Shown piece after piece: positions 30,259 through 38,852 of a stretch of DNA of 64,000 nucleotides. The notes under the pieces are model-generated. The model ran no database searches and was not told the DNA's origin. It saw only the letters and a program-made list of their open reading frames with translations. How positions within the stretch are numbered: position 1 is the first letter of the stretch; each line of letters opens with the position of its first letter. A program made the translations under genes and the position numbers. The stretch spans positions 32,673 to 96,672 of the forward strand of contig JAJTYJ010000002.1 of NCBI GenBank assembly GCA_021463485.1, in the 5' to 3' direction. This DNA comes from a bacterium (GTDB lineage: Bacteria; Patescibacteriota; UBA1384; 2-12-FULL-50-11).

Positions 30259-30849
30259 TTACCTCTTAAGGTGCAGAGTGTCGTTTTGAGTTATTACGTC
30301 AAAGCGACCATCGCTCAATAATATTTCTGTAATTGAGCAATGGTCGATTTGATTAGAGAAAATTGCATCTTGTGCGCTTTGCCCACGCAGCTGCCCAATT
30401 AGCAATTTAATAAATGCGCCGTGACCAACGACAAGTAAATCTCTAGCGTTCTCACTGGTTAAAATTGCTAAGAACTCTCTTATTCTTTGCTGAACATCAC
30501 TAATACTCTCCCCACCTGGGGGCTTTCTCGTCTCAAAGTCTCCAGCAAGTTTGTCCCATACTACTTCCCCAAACTTCTTTCCTTTAAATTCTCCAGCGTC
30601 TTTTTCTCTGAGGAGCTTTAAATACCGAATTATGTGCGTTCTTCCAGAAAGAAGGTATTTAGCTGTTTCCCTAGTTCTTGCCAGATCACTTACCAGTGCC
30701 TTATCAAACCGATACTTGTCAAGGCGTCTTCTCAACATCCTTACTTGCTCTTTGCCTTCAGCAGTAAAGCCGCCGTAGCTATGTCCGTGAAAGACTCGAT
30801 CTCTGTTTTCAACAGTTTCTGCGTGACGAACAATTATTATCCGCATCAT
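30259..30849 (-). CDS. histidine phosphatase (PGM family)
   Basis: RHAET, SDLARTRETA, PGGES, VGHG. Confidence 0.92.
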   Translation of the reverse strand: MMRIIIVRHAETVENRDRVFHGHSYGGFTAEGKEQVRMLRRRLDKYRFDKALVSDLARTRETAKYLLSGRTHIIRYLKLLREKDAGEFKGKKFGEVVWDKLAGDFETRKPPGGESISDVQQRIREFLAILTSENARDLLVVGHGAFIKLLIGQLRGQSAQDAIFSNQIDHCSITEILLSDGRFDVITQNDTLHLKR

Positions 30850-32240
30850 ACTTGGAAATTGGTTTGAGAGTTACCAGCGCTCTTCGCTATCCTAGCCAAC
30901 TGTTTGTAGCGCTCATCTATTTTTGAATTCAATATCAAGCGCAAGGTTTGTTTTGAGGTGTGTGGGTGCTGAGCGACTAGCTTAAGTATGTAGCCGTACT
31001 CCATTTTCCCAAGAACGAATTCAGTAATGCTATGAATAATTGACTGTGGAAGATCATTCAAGCTCAACATACTTGCCATGAATTCCCAGCTCCACTGTTT
31101 TTGTTTACTAATAGACTGTAGTAACTTTTGCGAGTCAATCTTTTCTCCGATCAGCCATAAATTGGCCAGAATAATTTCTGGGCGGTTGTCGGTAAGCGGT
31201 TTAAGAAGTTTGTTCTTTGCAGCTTGCTGCCTTGCTCGTATTATCAGCTTTCCTCTATAGCCAAAGTTTTCAGTAATAAAACCATTCACCAACTTTTCCT
31301 TTATTTTTGCGATTGTACGCATTGAATCGGTAAATTTGTAGAAAGAGCTGTCTGGGAAAAGGTGCCGAATTGTTGTCGATTTTTGTAGTGATTGTAAGTT
31401 AGTTTCTATAAGCGATAGCCCATTATAATCAGTACCTTTATTAATTTTGAGCGCTTCAGAACGCAGCAACATTACGTTTGAAATTGAGCGTAACAGTTTT
31501 TCATACTCTGATCTGTTTACACTTCCATGTTCAAAAAGTAGGGATAGTGAGTTTGTGATACTAATCGGGGGTTGTATCCCTACACTGGTTGCAGTGTGCC
31601 GTGCGATCCAAATAAAAAATAATATGTCCCTCGTTCCGCCAGCCGAGTATTTAACATTAATATAACCGTTTTTTCTTCTCTTTGAGTAGTAATAGTCATA
31701 GCAAAACAGCTGAAAAAGAATGTTTCGCTTGGACCGTTCTAGTGTATTTTGCTTCTTCACCATAGCCCTAAAACTCTTAATCAAGCTTGGATCACCGCAC
31801 ACAATTTTAGACTCGAGTATTTGGTTGCCTTCGACAATGTTGGTTGAGCAAATCTTTGACAGCAGCCTGATTGTCCCCCAATCTGGTATATCAACCTTCG
31901 AATAGCCGAACTTGGCCATCTCGATAGAGAACTGCTTCCTAAACTCTCTTTCTTGTGTCGATTCGCTTCCTGTAATAATTAGGACATCTGCGTCCGAATA
32001 TGCTGCCATTTCCTGACGACCCGCAGAGCCATATATACCTACAGCGACCCTACACTCTGGGAATTTGGCGTAAAGCGAGTAGTAAATGTGTTCAACAGTC
32101 AAGCGGAAGTTTAATGAGTAGTATTTTGCTAATTCGAGACCAACGTATTGGCTCTGAGGAATGATATCCGAGTCTCTCAGAAAAACCGACTGTAATATAT
32201 GGCCGTCTATTCTTTTTTTGGAATCAAATTTCTGTTTCAT
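30846..32240 (-). CDS. GlnD/GlnE-like (Pol-beta superfamily) nucleotidyltransferase with C-terminal helical repeats
   Basis: GSAGRQEMAAYSDADV (GS...DxD) and NVKYSAGGTRDI (cf. GlnD NxKxxxGGLRD). Confidence 0.8.
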   Translation of the reverse strand: MKQKFDSKKRIDGHILQSVFLRDSDIIPQSQYVGLELAKYYSLNFRLTVEHIYYSLYAKFPECRVAVGIYGSAGRQEMAAYSDADVLIITGSESTQEREFRKQFSIEMAKFGYSKVDIPDWGTIRLLSKICSTNIVEGNQILESKIVCGDPSLIKSFRAMVKKQNTLERSKRNILFQLFCYDYYYSKRRKNGYINVKYSAGGTRDILFFIWIARHTATSVGIQPPISITNSLSLLFEHGSVNRSEYEKLLRSISNVMLLRSEALKINKGTDYNGLSLIETNLQSLQKSTTIRHLFPDSSFYKFTDSMRTIAKIKEKLVNGFITENFGYRGKLIIRARQQAAKNKLLKPLTDNRPEIILANLWLIGEKIDSQKLLQSISKQKQWSWEFMASMLSLNDLPQSIIHSITEFVLGKMEYGYILKLVAQHPHTSKQTLRLILNSKIDERYKQLARIAKSAGNSQTNFQV

Positions 32241-32375
32241 CTAGGACATTTTCGAGTGTAAGATGCAACTGGATCCATACTCTTGCGGTACTGTTCCGGT
32301 ATAGATTTAGTTGGGCGAACTCCTGGATGATCGTGCTGCCAGGAAGGAAACTTCCTGAGTACCTTACAGGAGACT

Positions 32376-32459
32376 ATGATGAATTGCCCGAATTGCGATG
32401 AAGAGATGATAGAGGATGACGACGGTTGGGTTTGCCCAAACTGTGGCTACGAAGAGTAA
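32376..32459 (+). CDS. acidic CPxC...CPxCG zinc-ribbon microprotein (26-27 aa), not in the ORF track
   Basis: Translates to MMNCPNCDEEMIEDDDGWVCPNCGYEE*. AGGAGA at 32368-32373. Confidence 0.75.
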   Translation: MMNCPNCDEEMIEDDDGWVCPNCGYEE

Positions 32460-32504
32460 CCAGCTTGGTCGCTGGTGGATACGGCGACCAAGTATAATTA
32501 TTAT

Positions 32505-32897
32505 ATGCAACCTATAAGATATAAATATGGAGAACATAGGCAGGCTTTTTTGGCCGGGCAGCTGGTTGTATATGCGTTATTAATTAGAAACAGAACAAGA
32601 GACATCGCATGTCTAGACACTGGACTTAATAGAAACGATATTAGTAACGGAGGCTTTGTAGAGCTAAAGCAACTTGCTAAGGGGTATGGCTGTGAAGTTG
32701 CATTGAGTAAGCATGGCGAAGACAGATACTTACTACATGTCTACAGGAAAGACGCCGCAGAAAAGATGCGGGAAATGGATAGGGTTATACAGAGTTATCG
32801 CAGCGGGAAATTGTCCCGAGAAAGTTACGTCTGCCGCACTGGGGAAATATACGGCTATCCAGGTGAATCGATTAAATGGTTTCTCAAGAAAAAGTAA
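32505..32897 (+). CDS. hypothetical protein with GxxxGYP motif (DUF483/DUF3793-like)
   Basis: C-terminal GEIYGYPGESIKWF. TATAAT 6 nt before ATG 32505. Confidence 0.65.
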   Translation: MQPIRYKYGEHRQAFLAGQLVVYALLIRNRTRDIACLDTGLNRNDISNGGFVELKQLAKGYGCEVALSKHGEDRYLLHVYRKDAAEKMREMDRVIQSYRSGKLSRESYVCRTGEIYGYPGESIKWFLKKK

Positions 32898-32919
32898 TGA
32901 TTTCTATTTTTCCTAATTA

Positions 32920-34089
32920 ATGACTGAAATTCATTTTGTAAGGCTACCTCGAAAAAGCAATGAAGTATTTATTCGCGTTTTTACCAATGCGGGCCGGGAT
33001 AGCGAGAATAGGGATAATCAAGGGATTGGTCACCTACTTGACCACTATATAAACGGCGGGATTTTTCAGAAACATTACAATCTGGATACTAACGCATACA
33101 TCGATAGGGACTTTCTGTGGTTCTCGCTGAATACGACAAAGAAAAAACTTTTTAAGCAGTTGGAAAATTTTTTGCTATATGTCACTAAGCCAGATTTTAC
33201 TCAAGAGGAATTGCTGAATTTCGAGAAGCAGGCGTTAATCAACGAAATGAAATCCAGTGAAGCGGTGTTATACAACAAGCTATTTCAAGGTGTGGTCACG
33301 AAAACGCTCGCACATTATAGTAGTGTTTATAGGGAGATCGAGAATGTGCCTAGGTTTCAGCTTGGTGAGCTTGCACAGTACCATCGGGGGATAATAAATC
33401 AAGGCCCAGTCACGGTTATAGTCGGATATAACGGTTTGTCAAAAAAAGATCGACACCACATCTCTTCTTTGGTTAGCAGTAACTTTCCAGATAATTCTAA
33501 AAGTGTCATTCCTAGTTTCGTGACAGTTGGACCTCGCATTGAAAGTGTTGAGGAATTACCAAGTGATGCTAAGGGACAAGTACTAATTTACTTGGCGATG
33601 AAAACGTTTGGGTACTGCGATGAAAGAGAGAAGAGAATAGCCGTAAACCTTGCACTGCGTGAGCTGCGTGGACATTCAAAACACAGTCCGTTCCTTATGT
33701 TACGAAAGTTAGGTGTCTACTCGTTGGATTACAATCACTGGATAGGCCTTAGTTATGGGCAAGCCGTTATATCAATTGTATGTATGCCTCATGTGGTTGA
33801 TGAAGCGACAAATATACTAATGAGCTCGCTGAAGCATTTATCAGAGATGGGGTTGTCTAAGGCTGTAATAGAAAAGCATAAGAGAAGAAATAGTGAATAT
33901 TTTAAACAAATACAACAGAACAATGGTGAGTACTTCAGTAACGCACTAGACGATATTTTATACGAAGGCAAAGAGTTGAATTACAAGGAACATATGATTA
34001 GTTTCAAAAATATCACGCCAGAGATGACCAGAAGGATATATTCTGAGATATTCGCACCAAGCAACCTTTCAAAAATTATTTATAAGTAA
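32920..34089 (+). CDS. divergent M16 peptidase-like protein
   Basis: AGRDSE...GIGHLLDH, TNAY, EKQALINE, LRKLGVYS. Confidence 0.75.
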   Translation: MTEIHFVRLPRKSNEVFIRVFTNAGRDSENRDNQGIGHLLDHYINGGIFQKHYNLDTNAYIDRDFLWFSLNTTKKKLFKQLENFLLYVTKPDFTQEELLNFEKQALINEMKSSEAVLYNKLFQGVVTKTLAHYSSVYREIENVPRFQLGELAQYHRGIINQGPVTVIVGYNGLSKKDRHHISSLVSSNFPDNSKSVIPSFVTVGPRIESVEELPSDAKGQVLIYLAMKTFGYCDEREKRIAVNLALRELRGHSKHSPFLMLRKLGVYSLDYNHWIGLSYGQAVISIVCMPHVVDEATNILMSSLKHLSEMGLSKAVIEKHKRRNSEYFKQIQQNNGEYFSNALDDILYEGKELNYKEHMISFKNITPEMTRRIYSEIFAPSNLSKIIYK

Positions 34090-34094
34090 TTGTA

Positions 34095-35474
34095 CTAATT
34101 GGAGTGTCTTTCCAGGTAGCTTAGCCTCCATGCTAAGTCGTGGATTGCTTCTTTCTTTAACGCAATGAAAGCGTTTCTGGATGTAGCTGTATAGTCGCTC
34201 ATCGACTCAATTCTAAATAACGGCTTTCGTGTTTGGTTCTCGCCGGCGAGTATCTTCATCGGGTACCCGTCGAACCCCAACTCCCAAAGAATCTGACCCT
34301 CCTCAGCACTGTCGAGCGCCAACATCTTAAGCATTTGATACTTCAGATTCTGCTTCGTGCGCCTTGGGTAATCTGACTGTTTAAAGTATTCGATCGCTTC
34401 ACGAACAATAGCCTGGGCTGCGTCTACTAATTTTCCATTATTGGCAGCTTGTTTCGTCATTTTAAATTTAGTTAGAGGATTTACTTCTAGCTTTTCTGGT
34501 ACATGAAAATCTTTTATTAAGTTGCTGACGTCCGAATCTGTAATTAGTGAGAATCCTTTTCCGGTGTTATATAGTAAGTCCCTTAAGAAAGTTGTGAACC
34601 AATCATAGAAGCTGTGAGAGAAGATATAAAAGAACACAAATGCACCAAGTATTGCTTGAGCGTTTCGACCCATTTCAGGAATAATATGTTGGCTGAAAAC
34701 CATAGCTGGTAATAATGTTATTAAGGCAATCGCGCAAGACAAGTAGATAAACTCTTTAATTTCAAACAACCCCTCAATGTCGGAGATTAGGCCATAGTAG
34801 AAAATCGACACTGCAATAAAAAATACAGGCACAATAAGCAGGGGTGAGGTTGAGTAGACGGCGAGGAAGTAGTTGTCGGTTTGATATACATAGACTAAAA
34901 ACAACCCTGAAATAATGTAGAGCACAGAGGCAATGATGGGTAATAAAAACTTAGTTCTCCTTCGACTATCATTCTCTTTACTGCGCGCAGTTATGTAGGT
35001 GTAGAGTGATACAGACATAGCCCACACCACGATTAGCGCTATTGCATTAAACAACGGACCCCTCTTGTAAAACTCACCAAAACTCTCGTCTGAAATTAAT
35101 AGGGAGCTGTAGTCTATAACTAGATTTGAAGTACTGGAGAGTATTATGAGCAGAATAGCGATGGAATATATAAACCATAATTGTATCCAAATGGATTTTT
35201 TGTAATTCTGTGTTACTAGTAAAGCAAAATGGAGCAGCAGGGGGATGGGCAAGATGTATGACCAATTCGTAAGATGGTACAGGAATATTGAGGTGAGCTG
35301 GTCATCTGTGAAAAGAGGGGTAATCGCATCCACGACGAGTATGTACCAACTCAAACTAAAAAGAAAAAAGAAAATCACCCAAGCAGTTTTGCTCCGTATA
35401 TTCCTACTAACCAAGTAAACACCAACCCAAAACAAAAAAGCACTAACGATAAACTGGAACCAGAATAGAGACAT
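34095..35474 (-). CDS. HisKA_7TM-like membrane sensor fused to a cytoplasmic HTH-like output domain
   Basis: GVYLVSRN...FLFSLSWY...PLLLHF...RGPLF TM pattern, followed by a helical C-domain of about 165 aa. Confidence 0.7.
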   Translation of the reverse strand: MSLFWFQFIVSAFLFWVGVYLVSRNIRSKTAWVIFFFLFSLSWYILVVDAITPLFTDDQLTSIFLYHLTNWSYILPIPLLLHFALLVTQNYKKSIWIQLWFIYSIAILLIILSSTSNLVIDYSSLLISDESFGEFYKRGPLFNAIALIVVWAMSVSLYTYITARSKENDSRRRTKFLLPIIASVLYIISGLFLVYVYQTDNYFLAVYSTSPLLIVPVFFIAVSIFYYGLISDIEGLFEIKEFIYLSCAIALITLLPAMVFSQHIIPEMGRNAQAILGAFVFFYIFSHSFYDWFTTFLRDLLYNTGKGFSLITDSDVSNLIKDFHVPEKLEVNPLTKFKMTKQAANNGKLVDAAQAIVREAIEYFKQSDYPRRTKQNLKYQMLKMLALDSAEEGQILWELGFDGYPMKILAGENQTRKPLFRIESMSDYTATSRNAFIALKKEAIHDLAWRLSYLERHSN

Positions 35475-35497
35475 TTCTTATATAACTTATAGTAATT

Positions 35498-36508
35498 ATG
35501 TTACTTTTATATCATATGGCAGAAAGAATTAACGAAAATACCGCTGGTGAGGCAGTTTTTAATCCTATAGACCAGGATTTCTTAGGAGAGTCATACCCGG
35601 AGATTTTAAAGGATAAAAACTCAGCTACACGTGTAGGAGGTGATGAATTTGAGAAGCCAGCCTCGATCTTTGGACTCCGGATTCTATTTATTTGGATAAT
35701 TACAGTGATCACAGCAACCAAGAAAGGTTTTTTGGGAAAGAATTTAAAGACCAACAGTTTTTGGTTTGACGGTATTAGCCAAATTTGTCGTGACGTTAAA
35801 GATAATGCTTATAGCTGGAGGGCACTAGAGATAATATACAACCTGCCTAACTACCTCTCTAAAAAAATGTCACTTGATAGAATCGCTCTTTATTGGAATG
35901 GTCTTGAAAATGCTAAGGCTGTTAGAAACAGGTTAAGATTAACAAAAGAAATCCTCAGTAGAGAAATTGTAAAAAGAAAATCACAAGATACGATACGATT
36001 ACTATCGATAGCCAGCGGATCTGCCCGTGCGGTATTAGAAACACTGGCTGAGGTCGTTGATAAACATCAGGTTAGTTTCGAGTTTAGACTCCTTGATCTC
36101 GATCCTACTGCGTCCGTTTATGCACAAAACTTAGCAACCGAGCTAGGCGTTGCTAATCGCTGCAAAATGATAGTGGGGAGTACGACTGATATGAAAAAAC
36201 TTCTAGGCAACTATAGACCAGATATTATCGAGATGGTAGGGTTTCTTGAATATAGAAATAGAGAGAAGGCAGTTAACCTACTAAAGAAGATAAAAGAATT
36301 ACTTGCACCAGGCGGGAGTATTATTTTTAGTCAGGTTAAACCAAATAGAGAAATGTATTTTCTAAGATTCGTAATGAATTGGCCGATGATTTACAGAACT
36401 GAGGAGGAGTTCAGGAAGATCCTTGTTGAGAGCGGCTATTATGATTACGAATTAGTGTCTGAGCCAATAGGAATACATATGGTTTGCAGCTTTCGTAAAG
36501 AAGGTTAA
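35498..36508 (+). CDS. class I SAM-dependent methyltransferase (PhcB-like / Methyltransf_20-like)
   Basis: AVRNR, LSIASGSAR, LDLDP, VGFLEY, LAPGG, WPMIYR. Alternative start 35516. Confidence 0.85.
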   Translation: MLLLYHMAERINENTAGEAVFNPIDQDFLGESYPEILKDKNSATRVGGDEFEKPASIFGLRILFIWIITVITATKKGFLGKNLKTNSFWFDGISQICRDVKDNAYSWRALEIIYNLPNYLSKKMSLDRIALYWNGLENAKAVRNRLRLTKEILSREIVKRKSQDTIRLLSIASGSARAVLETLAEVVDKHQVSFEFRLLDLDPTASVYAQNLATELGVANRCKMIVGSTTDMKKLLGNYRPDIIEMVGFLEYRNREKAVNLLKKIKELLAPGGSIIFSQVKPNREMYFLRFVMNWPMIYRTEEEFRKILVESGYYDYELVSEPIGIHMVCSFRKEG

Positions 36509-38781
36509 TGCAACAACTCATCGCGTTTACAGGGTTGATTATAGCAGTTGCAAGCCTAGCCCTAGGAGGACTAGTAGTATTCAGTAACCCAATCGCTGCT
36601 GTGAATAGGGTGTTTGGTCTTTTGGGTCTCTCACTTGCAGTGTGGGGATTCGGTTACTATAACTCCTTCTCGGCCACCGACCCGATCGCTGCACTTTTTT
36701 GGGCAAAAGTATTCATGTTGGGGGCTGCGTTCATTCCAGTCTTCTACTTGCATTTTGTTGTACTATTTATAAATAGATATCCAAAGTTTAAATTTTCGAT
36801 TGTATCTGGTTATATTCTTTCTACAACATTTGCCTATGCAAGCCTGGTTTCCGAAAACTTTATATCTCGAGTCGCCCCAAATAGGTGGTTCACTTTCTGG
36901 CCAATAGCTGGTGATTTTTATATATATTTTCTTGTTTTCTTCTTTGCTGCCCTTGTTTTCTCCATTTACTTATTATCAAGAAAGTCGGGGTTAAAAGCGG
37001 TAGATTTACTGCAGGAAAAGTATCTAATTATTGGGGCGACCGTAGGGTTGTTGGGCGGGGCAACAAACTATCCTCAGTGGTATGGCATCGATATACCACC
37101 AGTTGGTAACATACTTGTTCTTGCTTTTCCGGTTTCTATTACATATGCGATCTTAAAAACCAGATTATTCAACATAAAGGTATTGCTAACAGAAGTTGCA
37201 GTTGGCGCTGTGGTTTCTATTGCCTTGGTCCAGACTATTGCGCTTTCAGGTAGCCAATTAGTCACAGGGGGCCTCCTGACTTTATCACTTGCGGTCGGCG
37301 GAATTGTTCTAATTAAATCGGTTCGGACGGAAGTTGATAAAAGGGAAGAAATAGAGAAGTTAGCGAAGGAAAAAATCGAAACTCTTAAAGAGCTTGAGCA
37401 ACGCAATAAAAGCTTAGCAGCGTTGCAGCGCGTATCTGATATCGTCCTGAATGAGATGGATATGAAGGCGATGTCGCAGAAAATTCTCGACGAAATCCCT
37501 GTTCAACTAGAAAACTGCGTTGGCGCCTTCCTTTCGATCGTCCGCGGCGGTCACCTTGTCGCCTATACCGTCTCGACCAACACCTTTACCCGCAAAGTTT
37601 ACTCACTGGTAGGCGAAGATTTAGAGAAATATAGCTACCCAATAAAGAAGGAGTTTAACGGTCTACACGAGGTGCTCATCGAAAAAAGGATGGTCGAGGG
37701 TGACAGTCTGGATGCGTTTATCTGCCCGCCGATTAGTCGTCCGGTGGCGAAAACGCTACAGCGCTTGATCGGAGCCAAACATTTAGTAGCGCTGCCGCTC
37801 TATGCCAGCGGCGAGCCGCTTGGGGTAATGATGTTTGTTTATAAGGTCGAGAAAAGTCGGCTCCACGGGAAAGACGTGGAGATCGCTAAGGCGATCGCCG
37901 ACGACATGAGCTTGGCGATTCAACGCGCTCAGGCGTTCCAAAAGCTTAAAGACGCTAACGAATACCTTAGCCAATTAGACAAGATGAAGGACGAGTTTAT
38001 CTCGATGGCTTCGCACGAGCTCAATACGCCGTTAGCAGCGATCGAAGGCTATCTTTCGATGGTTCTCGACGAGGGGATGGGGAAAGTCGACGCTAAAAGC
38101 AAAGAGTATCTATCTCGGGCGTACGCCAGTAGTAAGCGTCTGGCTGAGCTGATTCTCGACCTTTTGAACGTCTCCCGAATCGAGCAGGGTCGTTTGAAGA
38201 TGAAGTTTTCCCAGGTAAGTATGGTTGAGCTAGCGGAGAGCGTAGTACATGAGTTACAGATTAAAGCTGATAGTAAAAAGATTTATTTGAAGATCGAAGC
38301 GGAAAAAGGCTTGCCAAAACTCTGGTGCGATCCCGACCGCATCCGTGAAGTAATCGTTAATCTAACCGGTAACGCGTTAAAATTCACCGACAAAGGCGGA
38401 GTTACAATCAGCATCGGTAAATCCGAGGGCGGTTTTATCCGGGTAACAGTTGTCGACACCGGTCGCGGTATCGCCAAGGAAGATCAAAAGAAGCTTTTCC
38501 AGAAGTTCTCTCAGGTTAAGCGTGAGATCGACGAACACCAGGGAACCGGACTCGGTCTGTATATCAGCAAGAACTTCGTGGAGTTGCACAAGGGTAAGAT
38601 TTGGGTCGAGAGCGAAGCGGGCAAGGGCTCGAAGTTTATCTTTGAGATTCCGCTATTGAAAGAAGCGCCGAAACAGCTTGAAGGGGCAATCTTAGAGAAG
38701 CCAATTACCGAAGCGCAAATTGAAGTCGGCACCAAAGACGTACCGACAATTATCGCCGAATCAGTAGACGGTAAAATTTAA
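36508..38781 (+). CDS. sensor histidine kinase: HisKA_7TM-like + GAF + HisKA + HATPase
   Basis: TM region ending YAILKTRLF; H-box ASHELNTPL, NALKFT, DTGRGI, GTGLGL. Start overlaps the methyltransferase stop (TAATG). Confidence 0.95.
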   Translation: MQQLIAFTGLIIAVASLALGGLVVFSNPIAAVNRVFGLLGLSLAVWGFGYYNSFSATDPIAALFWAKVFMLGAAFIPVFYLHFVVLFINRYPKFKFSIVSGYILSTTFAYASLVSENFISRVAPNRWFTFWPIAGDFYIYFLVFFFAALVFSIYLLSRKSGLKAVDLLQEKYLIIGATVGLLGGATNYPQWYGIDIPPVGNILVLAFPVSITYAILKTRLFNIKVLLTEVAVGAVVSIALVQTIALSGSQLVTGGLLTLSLAVGGIVLIKSVRTEVDKREEIEKLAKEKIETLKELEQRNKSLAALQRVSDIVLNEMDMKAMSQKILDEIPVQLENCVGAFLSIVRGGHLVAYTVSTNTFTRKVYSLVGEDLEKYSYPIKKEFNGLHEVLIEKRMVEGDSLDAFICPPISRPVAKTLQRLIGAKHLVALPLYASGEPLGVMMFVYKVEKSRLHGKDVEIAKAIADDMSLAIQRAQAFQKLKDANEYLSQLDKMKDEFISMASHELNTPLAAIEGYLSMVLDEGMGKVDAKSKEYLSRAYASSKRLAELILDLLNVSRIEQGRLKMKFSQVSMVELAESVVHELQIKADSKKIYLKIEAEKGLPKLWCDPDRIREVIVNLTGNALKFTDKGGVTISIGKSEGGFIRVTVVDTGRGIAKEDQKKLFQKFSQVKREIDEHQGTGLGLYISKNFVELHKGKIWVESEAGKGSKFIFEIPLLKEAPKQLEGAILEKPITEAQIEVGTKDVPTIIAESVDGKI

Positions 38782-38852
38782 ATAACGCCGATTGCCCCAC
38801 CCAATTTGCAAAGTCAATCATATTTGTTAGGGTAGAAACAGAAAGGGAACTA

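Larger units (their letters stand above)
29640..37400. other. AT-richer accessory island (boundaries approximate)
   Basis: Hand-counted 60-nt lines: 35161=25%, 35521=37%, 36781=30% GC, versus 37501=57% just outside. No integrase, transposase or flanking repeats seen. Confidence 0.7.

Noticed and set aside
32310-32360. SRP RNA, fluoride riboswitch or hammerhead resemblance
   Set aside because: Only fragments match (GGAGTTCGCC on the minus strand, GGAA/GAAA loops); the required cores are absent.
29640-37400. Island as prophage, transposon or integron
   Set aside because: No recombinase, phage genes, terminal repeats or attC-like sites recognised.
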